From Podarcis erhardii (taxonomy: Eukaryota), in assembly GCA_964252035.1 (NCBI GenBank), contig OZ176209.1: a DNA stretch of 64,000 bases; one strand, given 5' to 3'. Within the stretch, counting starts at the first letter, position 1. Every line of letters starts with the position of its first letter. The notes beneath the pieces were generated by a model, which searched no databases, was not told the DNA's origin, and worked only from the letters and a program-made list of their open reading frames with translations. The position numbers were made by a program, and so were the translations under genes. This document shows, in pieces, positions 35,881 to 50,380 of the stretch.

Positions 35881-37626
35881 ACACCTTATCTAACTTGTCA
35901 GGTTGTACTATGTGCATGTGTTGGTGGATGTTTGTTTTATTTATTTTTAATGTGTGGCTCTTGTTATCCAGGGAATGCACAAAGTAGTGAAGCCAGGATT
36001 ATGATGAAAGGACAGTCTGTTTTAAAGTGTATTTTTCTTTTCTCTATAATTTAGGGGGGGAAATTCAGACAGAAAAATAGTCTAACTTAATGTCAGCCTA
36101 ACTAGAACAATGTGTGCTTTTCAGTATCAGCAATAATCAACAGACTTGTCAGACTATGTGTGCTCCATACCCCACCATACACACATCTGTCAACTTTAAG
36201 AAACTTTCAACAATGAATCATAGTGCATTGTATCAATTTATAACACTATCTACTGAAGTTAAACACTGTAATTCAATCACTTAGTCTAATGCATAGTAGC
36301 CTACATATATATTTACAGATAGAATTTTTGCACACATGCCATTTTAAAAAATATTGTATACCAAGTTGTAATTGAAAAGCAGAGATAGAGTTGTAGTATT
36401 TAGTAGTGCATGTCACATTCGTTAGTGAAATTGGACACAATTTATTGATGCACTATACTAAAATTTAACCTGTGCAATGGGTTTTTCTTTAGTAACAAAG
36501 AAGTGGTGTAATGCAGATCATTTATCACAGCACAGCTGCAAAAAAATTGTTTTAGGAATAAGCACCAAAAATTGACAGCACAGTATAATTCATAGTTGCC
36601 TTGCTGGGGCGGGTGTGAATGTGTCAGATATTTTCTCTATAGAATGATCTGCCTTCATAATTAAAGTGGTTCAGTGTTCTGGATAATAATATGTATATCA
36701 GATGAGCATTGGCAATAAAAACATACCAAATACGCAACAAATGATGTCGATTAAAATTCCGCCTGATGTTTAGATACCATATGCCACCACCAGACTCTTC
36801 TACAATACACTTCCAGCAGTGACTTGCACTGTGTCAGCTCTGTTTCACAGTTTATAGTAGTGGCAATATATATTTAGCCCATCCAAATTGTTCCTAATGA
36901 AGAAAGGGGCCTGGATAACTGTTTTTTCCCCCCTCTGCCACTATTCCTTCTAGAGCTAGATGAGATTTGTTGGTGCAGAAACAACACTGCAAGAGCATGT
37001 ATCTGCACAAATAATTTTGCATCTCTTGGATGCACATGCAATGCACACTGGCCCCTACTTTCCACAGCAAGTCCGTGTTTAGTCTCTTTCCTCTAGCCTG
37101 AAGTTCTTAAAGGATGCTATGACTAGAGGGCCACAGCAGCAAATCGTGTGTATGTCAAAAGGAGTGTACTTTGCAAGGAACATTTCTTGCCTTCCTGCTT
37201 CAACCCTGACAAGACAAACCAGGAGTTTGGGTTATTTTTTATTCGCTATGTATTTTATTACATTCCATTTGAGTTCTTTTTGTGATTCTCTATCTTCCCT
37301 GTTTGCTGCTCTCTCCTCCCTGCTCCTCTGCCCTTCTGACATGGCACATCTCTCTACTGCTGGCCTTTTGGCTTGTTCTGTAGCATTACCTCTCGCTACT
37401 TTGGATTCTTTCTGGCATTCCTTCCAGCCTACTTTCCAACCAAACTCTCTATTATTAATAGTATCATTATATGCCTCTCCACACATTACTTTTCCGCACC
37501 TCAGCATCATGGACAATATTCTGATGAATACATAGCTGCATACATAGCTGCATTTTCTTGGCAGGTTCTTCAGTCATTCATTATTTTAAAAATTTGTTTG
37601 TTTATCAGCTTCCTTTTACTTTTCAG

Positions 37627-37734
37627 GTTTTAAAAATCAGTTTGCTTGGCCATCGAAAACGCATTTTGGCCTCACTGGGAGACAGGCTTCACGAAGATCC
37701 ACCTCAGAAACCACCAAGATCTATAACCCTCAGG
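37627..37734 (+). CDS. ANKS1B: ANKS1B coding exon (108 nt), C-terminal part of SAM2: VLKISLLGHRKRILASLGDRLHEDPPQKPPRSITLR
   Basis: Acceptor tttactttTCAG at 37626, donor GTAAGT at 37735; translation matches recalled ANKS1B/AIDA-1 rather than ANKS1A; phase 0 at both ends. Confidence 0.96.
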
Positions 37735-38129
37735 GTAAGTTCCAAAAAATATGTCTTGTATTCCCTCAAACACATATTGTAAAAGGCCTATAAAATCTTC
37801 AAACACAAAGAATGATTATTTAGCAACTGCCCATACGAACTGAGATTTATAGCTCTCTTCTTTTTTCATATTTTTATAAGGCTCTCTAATTTGTTTGACC
37901 AGCATGGTTTACTTGAGGGATTTTTATTTTATTTTTGTGATTTTGCTTGAGAAAAAAACACACTGTATTTAATAGCATCAACCGGTATTCTTGTTCAACT
38001 ACTTAATGTGATTAATTTTCATGTCTTACTGAATTAGTGTGTCTGTCTGAATTTTCTGCACAAAACAGTCTATAAATTGTTTAATTTGTTGGGCTTTTTA
38101 ATTTCCACGTTTTTTCTTGGCATATGATG

Positions 38130-38660
38130 TTAGGGGTGGGGCAGTATCTCTGGTGGGGGACACATTGTGCTCCTTCTTGAGTAGTTTGTCCACCTTTGCT
38201 CCCCACCCTGCACTCAGCTCTCACCTGTGGCTCCTAGAAGCTGACAGTGGCCACACCCCAGGAAACTTTGACTGGCTAAACCAGGTGAGAGTAGTCTATG
38301 GGTCTTAAACCCTCAGTGAGTCAGGTGAGTTAGGCACTTGTCTATCCACTGCATGTAAAGACAGACTCCGGCAGTTTGAGTGGACAAGACCAATAGAGGG
38401 TCCAATGCTCAAGAAGGTAGTTTCAGCATGTGCTGTTGAGGGAAATGAGGGGCAGATGGAACTCATCAACCTGGGAAGGTAGCCCATCTAGGAGAAGGAA
38501 AACTGATCCTAAACTTCTGTTGCCTTGGGACTATACACATTCCTGAGAAAGGTTTTGGAAGTAAACCCTGAGGAATAATCCATACTCACTGAACAAACTC
38601 TACTGAATTGCCCCAGAGACAGCATTGAAGCAAGGTGGAACTACATCAAAGAGGCATCCT
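38130..38660 (+). mobile_element. Probable RTE-clade LINE 5' UTR/ORF fragment cut by the L2 copy
   Basis: gggaaggtagcccatctaggagaaggaaaact...gtaaaccctgagg resembles recalled RTE 5' regions; IEARWNYIKEA resembles the RTE EN-RT linker. Confidence 0.4.
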
Positions 38661-39850
38661 ACAACTACTACTACTACTACTACTACTAATAATAATAATA
38701 ATTTATTATTTATACCACGCCCATCTGGCCGGGTTCCCCCCAGCCACTCTGTGTGGCCTCCAACAAAATACTAAAATACAGTAATCCATCAAACATTAAA
38801 GGCTTCCCTAAACAGGGCTGCCTTCAGATGTCTTCTAAAAGTCTGGTAGTTGTTCTCTTTGACATCTGATGGGAGGGTATTACACAGAGCCGGTGCCACT
38901 ACCGAGAAGGCCCTCTGCCTGGTTCCCTGTAACTTGACTTCTCTCAGTGAGAGAACCGCCAGAAGGCCCTCGGCGCTGGACCTTAGTGTCCAAGTAGAAC
39001 GATGGGGGTGGAAACACTCCTTCAGGTACACTGGACTGAGGCCGTTTAGGGCTTTAAAGGTCAGCAGCAACACTTTGAATTGTGCTCGGAAACATACTGG
39101 GAGCCAATGTAGTTCTTTCAAGACTGGTGTTATGTGGTCTCGGCAGCCGCTCCCAGTCACCAATTTCGCTGCCGCATTCTGGATTAGTTGTAGTTTCCGG
39201 GTCACCTTCAAAGGTAGCCCTACATAGAGTGCATTGGAGTAGTCCAAGCGAGAGATAATCAGAGCATGCACTACTCTGGTGAGACAGTCCGCAGGCAGAT
39301 AGGGTCTCAGCCTGCGGACCAGATGGAGCTGGTAAGCAGCTGCCCTGGACACATAATTGACCTGTGCCTCCATGGACAGCTGTGAGTCCAAAATGACTCC
39401 CAGGCTGTGCATCTGGTCCTTCAGAGGCACAGTTACCCCATTCAGGACCAGGGAGTCCTCCACACCTGCCCACCTCCTGTTCCCCAAAAACAGTACTTCT
39501 GTATTGTCAGGATTCAACCTCAATCTGTTAGCTGCCATCCATCCTCCAACCGCCTCCAGACACTCACACAGGACCTTCACCTCCTTCACTGGTTCTGATT
39601 TGAAAGAGAGGTAGAGCTGGGCATCATCCGCATACTGATGAACACCCAGCCCAAACCCCCTGATGATCTCTCCCAGCGACTGCATATAGATGTTGAAAAG
39701 CATGGGGGAGAGGACAGAACCATGAGGTACCCCACAAGTGAGAGCCCAGGGGTCTGAACACTCATCCGCCATCACCACTTTCTGAACACAGCCCAGGAGG
39801 AAGGAGCGGAACCACTGTATGACAGTGCCCCCAGCTCCCAGCCCCTCTTG
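38661..39850 (-). mobile_element. L2 LINE, 5'-truncated, with a 354-codon open RT/C-terminal frame
   Basis: ORF 38789-39853: GVPHGSVLSPMLFNIYM, HQYADDAQLYLSF, RLNPDNTE, SRLDYSNALY.GLP, LHWLPV.FR..FK; microsatellite tail at 38661-38702. Confidence 0.9.
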
Positions 39851-40945
39851 CACTGTAGATTGCTTACTATATTGCTAGGAACTGTCTATATTTTAATGGA
39901 AATTTGGAGGAATGCAGATGTAATTTTCATTACTGTCCCTTTTGAGATAGACAAAGGGAGGAGTACATTGTAAATTGTAAGCAACTATCTTTTTCTCTCA
40001 CACAGACACCTTACTCAATTCCGCTTATGAAAACATTCATATGGACACTCTCACTCTCATTGCTGGCATATCACACCTGGCTTCTGGGAGAGAAACTATA
40101 GCTGCTTGAAAGACTGTGTTACTGAAAGTGTCACTGAGCTCTTGGTATTTTCCCTGTGGAGAATTGCTCAAATACAGGGCATTTTTAGCTGCTGTTTCCT
40201 GGCACAGTGTACTTCAAGAATGCTAAAATATAAATAGGGAGCATGAAGTGGTTGTAGGCTATGATCCAAGCAAAAGACTAGATATTTTTACAGAGGTGTC
40301 ATCTTTCAGTTTTTAGGAATGAAGCATATAGCTGTTATTTAAGTGAACTTCAGATGATAAACTTGAGAACAGAAAAGGGAAATGGGTAAAAATAAGTGAG
40401 CCGTTCAGTAAAATGTGGCAATGTGGAGTGCTCCAGGGTTCAAGCCAGCCATGTTCTTTTTCAAGAGACTCCATGTTTTCTCCCCTTCTCAATAGTAGGT
40501 CAGCATTCTGTACCCACTGAACAGCCCAACTCATTGGGCTATCTTAGGGGAATGATTTTTCCTAAAGGGTTTTTTTTTTTTTTGTACTTCAGCAAGCATT
40601 TTCCTCCCTCCAAGCCTGCTGATACTATTCTCTTGTGTGTCAGTCAGGGGTGGGAGACTGGACCTGGCTGATGGGTTGTACCTTTCATTCCTCCACCCTC
40701 AGTTCCATGGGCTAACTTTTAACAGTTGGGTGAGGCTGCCCACTTGTCAATCGCCTGTTGTCATTATTATGTCAGGTGACAACTTGAAAGGGGCTTGCTT
40801 GCCTTTGAAGTCCATGTACAAACATTTTGTATTGATACCGCTTCAAAGGGACTTCAAAGTGAAGGCAGGCACAGCTTTACCTGCCTCACACCTGACATCA
40901 CATATTATTAATAATAATTTATTAATCACCCTTTACACAAGTCTC

Positions 40946-40996
40946 GTGTGTGTGTGTGTGTGTGTACGTCCAGGGGTCCTTTACCTTATGTGCTCA

Positions 40997-41037
<41 letters not shown>
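40946..41037. repeat. (GT)10 and CACGTG(CG)4(CA)n alternating purine-pyrimidine tracts in inverted orientation
   Basis: Direct reading. Confidence 0.9.
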
Positions 41038-41039
<2 letters not shown>

Positions 41040-41777
41040 TTTTTAAAAAAAATCAGTTTAAAACACAAAAACAGCAGGCACATTTAAAACAATAAAAATA
41101 GATACTTGTGGTAAAACCAATTTATCAGAGAGATGTATAATTCTGTCAGCAGAGTGCAGAATGGATGAGAGTCAACTAAGGTGAGACAGCAGAAGGCCAG
41201 AGAGAATAAGACTGCCATAATCAAGGCAAGATACGGGGATGAAAAAAGAGTTTTCTTGCCGCTCCTTATCTCTCCATGCTTATGTCCTGCCACATTCCTT
41301 CCTGTCACTTGTCCAGCTCTTCTACCCTCAGTTGTCCAAAGGTCTCCTGCCATCTGAAATAATTCCAGCCATTTCCCCTTCCTGCCCCCTCATGCCTAGA
41401 ACTGCCTCCCCAAATGGTTCTGTGTGACTACCTTCCTTAAAGCCCATAAGTCCCTCCTCAAAATTCAGCATTTCCAAGATCATATCCCTAGATACTATGT
41501 CTTAATGTAATGTAACCAAATATTTATATTCTTCCATTGCCCCCATTGCCCCAACTTTGTTCTTTTCTCTATTTTAGAGTGTGATCTATTGATGTATGAA
41601 CCTGTCATACCTTATACCTGTAAAGCACCATATACATAGATGGTATATACATTATATATATGTCCAGCACTTGAAACACTGTGTTACTAGCTCTTGTAGC
41701 TGCAGTTCATACACTTTTAGCTTCAGTGCAGGAAAGTCTGTTTATTTCATGCTGTTACTTTGTCTAATTATGTGCAG

Positions 41778-41957
41778 GAACCCAGCGGTAACCACACTCC
41801 TCCTCAGTTGTCTCCCTCACTCAGCCAAAGCACTTACACTACTGGTGGCTCCCTGGACGTTCCACACATTATCATGCAGGGGGATGCAAGGAGGAGAAGA
41901 AATGACAGCTATTTTGATGATATTCCTCGGTCAAAACTGGAGAGACAGATGGCACAG
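41778..41957 (+). CDS. ANKS1B: ANKS1B coding exon (180 nt): EPSGNHTPPQLSPSLSQSTYTTGGSLDVPHIIMQGDARRRRNDSYFDDIPRSKLERQMAQ
   Basis: Acceptor tgtgCAG at 41777, donor GTAATG at 41958; near-identical to the recalled ANKS1B linker; internal ATG (MQGD) at 41874. Confidence 0.96.
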
Positions 41958-43458
41958 GTAATGTTGGGAAACCTTTCCTATTTAAATTTAATATATTTAG
42001 AGTTATATGTTCACTTCTTTAAAATTTGAGAAGGTGTACCTTTAAAAATAAGAGTATATATTTTTGTGAATTTTAGTATGTTTTGGAACCATCAACTAAA
42101 TTGGTTTGCATTTATTTTGTAACTCTTTTATCCTGCTCTATAAACACATATTTTAAAATCTAGGCTCTAGAGAGACTTTATATTCTGTAAACTAGTTTAT
42201 TTGTATGCTAACAGGCCTGGGAGATGTGAATAGCATTGAGATGTGAAATCGAAATATTCTGTTTGTGTTTGAAGAAGATAAGGTTTTAATGACTGATTTT
42301 TTTTGTCTCCTAAGAGTGGATGATACCAGCAAGATGCGTTATTGCTAGGATTTGGTTGTAGAAACAATGTTGAACACATTACTTTTTTAAATGAAAGGCA
42401 GCTAAAGTCGAATTCCTTAGCAGCAACATTTCTTATAGATCTTCCAGGGTATATTCTCACAATTATTTCCTTGCATTTAGTGTTAAGTGGAATCATATTG
42501 CTACATTCCAAATAGTTTTGGCTGACCGTAGAATGAGTTCATTTTGCTCTGTGTAACTCTGAAGTGAGTTGTGGAATCATGAATTGATGGCATGGTACAT
42601 TCCGCACATACATAGGGCAGCCTAGGAGTGTCCTGTTTGAGCATGCTTTGATACCAAGTATATGGCAATATCCCAGTCCCCTTGCTGAGGCAGAGACCTT
42701 CAAGCATGGGAAGTCTGAGAGTACAGCTGGGAACAACCTGGAATGCTCTAGGTACACTTCTTACATATTTTTTGAAAAAATCTGGAACTTACCAAAAAGC
42801 AACAGATCCAGTCTGGAAATATTTCCCTGCAACTGAAAGCTATTGGGTGCATACATTTATTGCAGAATCTAACCCATCCTTAGGATTTTTTAAATTAAGG
42901 TGTCTTGAAGGAAACCTGACTGGGAATCTTGTTCAGCAAATGGTTTAAGTAAGGTATTAATAATAGTTCAACACAAATTTAGCAAGCTTCAAAGTCAGGC
43001 CTATGTAGCTGATGCCTCAGCATCCATCATAAACCAAGGGCAAAAGCCACCTCGTAGTTGAGTGACTGCTAATGTACTTATGATACCTAGTTTTAGTAGT
43101 TAGTATTGCCCTTCAGTAATTTTATTCCATGCTTATTCAGGAATTTCTGAAAGTTGCTTGTTTATTATCTCTGAAAATCACTCTCATCAATAATGGCCCA
43201 TTTCTTATTTTTGGCCCCACGAGGGATAATTCTATGTAAGCTGCAAATGAAGCCACTTTTTCTCCCCATCTAATTATGGATATTCTTTCTTATTCAGATT
43301 TTGACAGAAATACATTTCATAGCTTTTTGACAGAAATTGGATGGTGTGTGCTCACATTTGGTTTTGATTTTTGCTGACATTATAGCAATTCAAGGGATTT
43401 GCTGAAACTGTTATTTTTACAATTGGATTTCAATCATTCTTAAAAGGGCTTTTGAGTA

Positions 43459-43687
43459 CAGTGGTACCTCGGGTTACAAACACCTCGGGTTACAAACACT
43501 TCTGGTTACAAACTCCACTAACCTTGGGTTAAGAACTTTGCCCCAGGTTGAGAACGGAAATCGCACGGCGGCGGCATGGCGGCAGCAGGAGGCCCCATTA
43601 GCTTAAGTGGTATCTTAGATTAAGAACAGTTTCAGGTTAAGAATGGACCCCTGGAACAAATTGAGTTTGTAACCAGAGGTACCACTG
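43459..43687. mobile_element. Tigger/pogo-like MITE
   Basis: TA-CAGTGGTACCTCGGGTTACAAAC ... GTTTGTAACCAGAGGTACCACTG-TA. Confidence 0.9.
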
Positions 43688-46600
43688 TATTGTATATTTA
43701 GATATTTTATGTTGGGGCTGTTGAAATATTTCCTGTCTTTACTTAATGGACACCATAATAATGCTGCAGACATTACACTAAACCAGAAGTGATTAACCTA
43801 TTAGCCTTTGGTGTATAACTCCCATCACTTTGACCATGGAGCATGTTGGTTGGGGCTGATGGAAACTGGAGTCCAATAGAATCTGAAGGCCACAATTATG
43901 TCCCACCACCACAACTACATTCAGCACCCTTTAAAAATGCATTGCCACTTACCCTCAATACATTCTACCACAAATGAATAATCCACTGTCTACCTTAAAT
44001 ATAGCATATGCTTGACCAAAAAGATATGCCATATTTCATTCTAAAGGTCAGCGTAGTTGAACTTCTGTCAGTGAAAGTGCTGTGGGTGATATGTGCTGTT
44101 CTTTGATGGTGCACAGGACTTAAGGCCAGATCATAAACCATGTTGTAATGCTTCACTGTACGCATCAGAGACCAAACTCTGAATTGCACCCAAAACAGAT
44201 GGAAGGCCAGTTGAGTTCACAAAGCATGTTAGTGACATGAAAGTTTCACTCCACTGAGCAGGCATTCTGCCCTGATAGAAGCATCCAAGTGCCTGGCATA
44301 GCCATAAGTACAGATTGATTATTTCAGCAGTTCAACCTGGACGAGGGGGGGGGGATGTTTAATGCCCATATTGCAATCTTTTAAAAATCTAACAGCAACA
44401 TAAAAAGGAAAAGTGTGGTTCCCTCTTGATAAATCCAAGGGCAGCTGATAAGTTCTGTTTGCTCAGTTGAACATTTAAATACAAATGTTAATATGTGGTT
44501 TTAAACAGCTGAATTAGGTTTTCTGCTAACCTATTATTGGAAGGAATTGGGGAGTCCTCGGTATGCAAAATAGCTTTGATAAAGAAGAGCAGAGTAACAA
44601 AACACCACTTACTATAAAAGAACTTCTCTGCAGGTCGCAAAAATTGATTGTCGGAATAGGCAATGCCAGATTTATTGTCACTGAGTAGCTTGATATATGC
44701 ACATCGTGTCACTGAGTATCATCCTTCACTGTTGCCGCTTCTAGTCCCTTATACCCTCTTCAAGCCCTTCTCTCATTTCTGCATATTTGAAAATATAATA
44801 CTCCCCAAAGGTATATAATATTTCTATTCTAGAAGTTGTCTCAATTTCATTCTTGAATTATCTCTCTCATACATGATATGATAAACATGCAAGGATGAAA
44901 CTGAGGTTATAATTCCATAATATACTCAGCCTACTTCCTTCAAAGCAGTTCCACTGATTTTGTCCATAAAATGCATGTCACAGCCCATTAACATTTCTTT
45001 AGAAGTCTGGTGGGCTTCCATTTACATTTGTATTTAATATGTGATCTCTTTATAATTATGCAAATTCACTTCCTCTGTTCTGACCCTTCCTGTAGGCATG
45101 CCTATTGACCCAGGCTGTGTACACGTTCCTGTTTAATCTGCATCCAGTGTATTCCCATTGCTGGCTTGGGAAGTAGTGTACACATCTTAGCCACAATCCA
45201 TATCTATCATGACGTTTCTTAGAAAATACTGTATTTTGATATGTCCCCCCCCAAAAAAGTAGCTTTGATCCCTGTTGAAAAAAAGAATGACCTAGCTGTG
45301 ATTTAAGTCAGTAATGTGTACAGAGCCCCAAACTCTGGTAACATTTTCATGCCCACTGACTTCTAAGTGGGAAAATTTGGACAAATTTGATGTGTCTAAC
45401 TCTGCTTGGAGTATTTTTTGAGCTGATTTCCTACTCTATACAATCTGGACTCATATTTTCAACCTCTGATTGTGAAATTGTTGATACTCTTTTTTCATAC
45501 CTGCTTTTCCAAGGGAGGGTACTTGACCATAGACGTTTGACATATTAGCCACCTGTTCTAGATTCATTCTGAAGATGAAAGGCTGTTAAGGTTGAGAAGG
45601 TTATAGTGACATTATTAGCAAAAAAGGAAGTGGTTAGTAAGCAGAAGTTTTCATTTCACTGTGCATGTTTGGCACATTAGAACTGAAATCGCTAGGATAA
45701 ATCCTGCTTTGAGAGATGAGCACCAAGACTGACTTTTTAAAAAGATTAGACAGGGCTGAAAAACCCCCACAGTAACTGACAGCAGGAACCTGAAGCAATT
45801 GCCCCTGAAAAAAGCACAACTTTTGTTCAGCTAGATGGAAATTAATTTGAAAGCAGTTTGCAATAGTTTTAGGGCTGTCTGCATGTACCAGCTCATCTCA
45901 ACCCTAGGGCAAACTTGTTCAAATAGAGAATTCCATCTTGGTGAATGAAGTGTGAGGAAGAAACTAGATTCAGGCAAATGTAGCCATCTTTCTGTTCTTT
46001 TTTCATCACATACAATGATGTGTTGTGAGTCTTGAAATGACTGGAGCAGCCACAGGCCTTTCATATCATGGATGTGAACATTTGGGCCCAAGAAAGATGT
46101 AGTCTAGTATCCTTAAAAGACACTTTTTATAACCAGAGTGCATCTTACAGGAGTGAGTTTTACTCAGAGTGGACCCACTGAAATGAATGGGCCTAACATG
46201 GTTATGTTCATTAATTCCACTGGGTCTAAATTTGGTAAAATACTACACTATGTATTTGCCTCTTGAAGGTGTCAGGGTGTAGGCATGGGTGTTATACACT
46301 ATACTAAAATGCACAAGAATAATGATGTGATTCCCCCCCCCCCATTGTTTTAGCAGTCTAGAAAGGAAGGCATTTTTGTAATTTACAGGATCCTTTATTT
46401 TAATGGCTATCTAAGTTGTCAGTTTGAACCTCAGAAGATCACATCCTTCCATAAAAACAAACTGAAGCAGCAGCTGATAGTGGAGAAAATTTCCTTAAAG
46501 TTTATTTGTTTGGGCTTTCCTCTCTGTTACTCTGCTACTCTTTTTAAATACTTGCTGATACTTGCTGGGATAGTTCCATGGCATCTATATACCATTTCCT

Positions 46601-46828
46601 CACATAAATGGATTCTTCAGACTCCTGTAAAATACTGAGATTCACCAGGATAGGTTTGATGATCTGTCATACTATAGTGTTCAAAGACCTCTAGAAGCCT
46701 CAGCACCCAGCTCCAGTTCATCAGATTCTCACAGCTCTGTTACACTCAGGTTGCAAGAGAAATGGAGCTGGAAAGCAAAACAGATTCCCAGATGGCAAGA
46801 GTTATTATTAGTATTAGTATTATTATTG

Positions 46829-47066
46829 CAGTGGTACCTCGTGTTGTGTACTTAATCCATTCTGGAGGTCCATTTGTAACAGGAAACTGCTCGTAACATG
46901 AGGCGCACTTTTGTTAATGGCGCCTCCACTGCTGCGCCACCAGAGCGCGACTTCCGCTCGCATCCCTGAGCAAAGGTCTCAACAAGGGGCATCTACTTCC
47001 GGGTTAGTGGAACGCGTAACCCACAACATTCGTAAGGGAGATGGTACGTAACATGAGGTACCACTG
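46829..47066. mobile_element. Tigger/pogo-like MITE
   Basis: TG-CAGTGGTACCTCGTGTT ... TAACATGAGGTACCACTG-TA. Confidence 0.85.
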
Positions 47067-50000
47067 TATTAGTAATATTTGGTCTACTCTTCTCTGTGAT
47101 AGCTTTTCAGCATAATGAACCATTTACTTCAATAATTTATATGTGTTTTCAGGATGAATTACACCCAATTATCACTTCATCTTTTAAGAACTGCAGCAGG
47201 TTAACTGTAGGTGTCTGCTGCTTCCCAGATGAAGAAGTGCTACTTCTCCTTATGCCTTCATGGGAGCTTGCAAAGAGAAACTGACCATCTCCCCTGTGGG
47301 GAAATGCAGGAGTTGTCACTATATATAAAGTTTTTGCCTTACGCTGCAGAGGAGTTGTGAGGGCCATAACAGAATGGTGATGAATTTGTCAATATATTAA
47401 ACATACCAATTTTTCCTTTAGTATCAAAAAAACAGTTGGAGAGTGCCTAACCTGGATCAGGACCTGGGAACATGGGGTGGAAGTTAACTCTTTCTCCCAC
47501 ACCACAGCCTCAATGAAAATAGGACATACAGCTATTTGTCTGAGGCAAAAGCTCCATTGGCTCCAGATGAAGTTTTCCTCCCAGGCAAATTGCTGCAGGG
47601 GAGCAGGCACATTTTCACTGGGATAAGAGCAAAAGGGCTAAACAGTACTCCCTGCCTGTCACAGCTCCAATCCTGCTTTCCTGCCATATTTTGACAGGAA
47701 AAACAAGCCAAATACAAATGTATTCATGGAACTGCTATGCAAGGCCGCCTCAACACATGTTCATTTAAACTTCCCCAAGTTGCAGAAAGGACAAGCGACC
47801 TTTATATTGAAACCATTTTCATTCATACAGTTTGCATTTTATGCAATGCCATTTCTCTGTTTCCTGTCCATTGAAACATTAACAGACATGGAGCTAAGTT
47901 AATGAGTAAAATAAGCCTTAGGCATTAATGTAGTCAGAATAAATTATCTTCAGAACTCTGCTAGGTCTTTAGGAATGCTTCAAATATATTCATTTGTTTT
48001 TTAAAAGAGATAACTACTGACTTCTGTAGGTAACTTTTTGAAAGGCAGTTGGATCCTTTAGCAGGAGAATACTCTGAGGCATGCAAAGTCCATTTTCTTT
48101 GTGCCAACACCTGCCTGGGCTCCACTCTCTGTGCATGTGTTGCATAAGCACATCTGGACTGATAGAAGAAGAGAGCGTGGCCCATTAGGTAGAGAACAGT
48201 AGTGGCAAGAAAGCACAGTTCTGTTCCTTTATGTGTGTTCCTTAGTACCTTGGCTCAAATGATTTCCATTTTGTTTTGCCCATAAATGACAGCTAAGCAG
48301 AGGCCTAGGCATAGTAGGCAAAGTAAGCTGCTGTGTATAAGGGCTGTTCTCCATTACCATGGATGAACAAGACAATGATTCCCATCCTGTATTCAGTAAG
48401 CATGGGACCTCTGGAATGTGCTAACATGCTACCTTCACCCAATTCCAATCTACAATTTACAAGCACTTTTGCTTAGTTCTTCAGCACTCCTTCTAGTCCA
48501 GGCTGAAGCTATACTTCACAGCTTTGACACCCAGCTCATCCCACAACCATTCCTTTCTCCCTTCACAAAGTCTCATAGCTATCCAGTTAATCAGCTTTAG
48601 TACCTCACAGGAGTGTTCCTCTACCCAGACCAAAGGAACTCAACATTAGCTATGCTGGACTTCTTTACATTCTGGCCAGTGTGCTAGCAGGACCACCCTC
48701 CAGTAGACTGATATCAGGCAGTCCTCCAGTGGAATGGGGTCAGATTGCATTGGGAACAGTTTGCCTCTAGCACACCATCTAGATAATTCTCCAAAGTATG
48801 TACATACTCCAAAGTATGTCTGCAGTAGTCTATTTTTAACCTTTGTCCAATTTGCAGCTCAGGTAATTCTTGACATTGCTGCTAATACTTTGCGCAATAC
48901 CTACTGAGGAAGCAACCACCACATGGTCTGACATCCTTCAAATGGGTTAACACATACATGATTTCAGTTTCAGTAGCGAAAGTACTAATATTCAATTACT
49001 ATTGATCTGATTTAGACAGGAAGCGCAATGCAACTGGTTGTGACAGTGTGCTGCCACAGTGGATACCATGCCCCCTCATAATCACTTATTTGCTATAGTG
49101 TGGGTTTCTAGGATTGAATTGTAGGAACACTTTCTGGTCAGTTTAGAGAAAGGCAGCCTCTACTACCAGTCCTTTGAATTTCAGCAGTGACACAGCTTGT
49201 CAGTCAGTGTGAGGCATCCATATTTCACTAAGGGAAACATGAGCACAATTGTGATTTTCTTGCAGGAAGCTGTTTCTGTTTGAATGCAGGCTTTATTTAG
49301 ACACTGATATTAAATTCCTGCTGCTTGTCTTAACTGCTGGCTATGCTCTGCATACTGTGGTTAAGCTATTGATGTTTTAATTGCTAGCTACTCCAGAGAT
49401 TGTAGTTGCATTTCTCAGCTGTTTAAAGCCTTTCATTGTTGCATTCTCAGGAGACTCTGGGTAGCTACTCTATTTGGTGCTTATTTAAGTTGTTTGGCTA
49501 CTATGAGCTATTATATTGGATTTTTTCTTGTGGTGTCCAAATAAGGAAATATATACGACGTTCTGCTGTCAGATGATATGAATCTGATTTTCTTTTCCTT
49601 TTTCTGTATTGTTGTAATGTGCATCTTGCTTTCTCTCCAAACACAACATGTATTTAGCATCCTGCATTCCATATGACGGTTGGAATGAGACAGTGTGTTG
49701 TTACTCCATTTTACAGCTATGAATTTGTTCTTTTCTAATTGTATTTTAAAGGTATTGGTCCAGTCTACTGAGCTCTGCTATCTCTCTTTCTGGCTTACCG
49801 CATGGAAATGTTTGGAGACTGTGCATCATGCAGCCTTGGTTGACTGTAGCTAGTATCTTTCAAATAATTAAGGCCTTTCAAATACCTTTCCAGTGTTATC
49901 CACAAATACCACTGACGTTAGTGGTTATTGCTCAGCAGCAGCACATTTGATTATGCTCAGTATTTGTTTGTTTTAGCCTTTTCTCCCCAAAGTAAATCTC

Positions 50001-50380
50001 CATTGAAAAACCCTTTTCAGCTGTAGAATGCAAATCAAAGGCTAAGATATGATTGAAGAGTACACATACTTTCCCCCTTTCTGCTATTAAGTTCTATTTC
50101 ATAATCATATAATTGTTTTATTATCCCGAATAGGTCCAAAACTCAATCTGAAATCCTTGAGCTGTGTTTTCTTTCTATAAGCCCAAAATATGTTTTGTCA
50201 GCAAATATGTTAGAGGGTTTTAATAGCTGCTGCCAATTTGAAACACTCTCTTCTTTTAAACAAAATCTTGCAATTGTGTTCATGCCCCCACCTGCAATAC
50301 TTTTTCTTCCTGGGCTTGGGGGTGTTGGTGGTGCTTTACTATTTACAAGATGAGATATAGTTTTCTGTTTATATTAGCAG

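Noticed and set aside
37558-37626. In-frame upstream extension of the SAM2 exon in the ORF track
   Set aside because: Non-ATG start, and the sequence is the polypyrimidine tract of the acceptor; the upstream CAG at 37564 would be out of frame.
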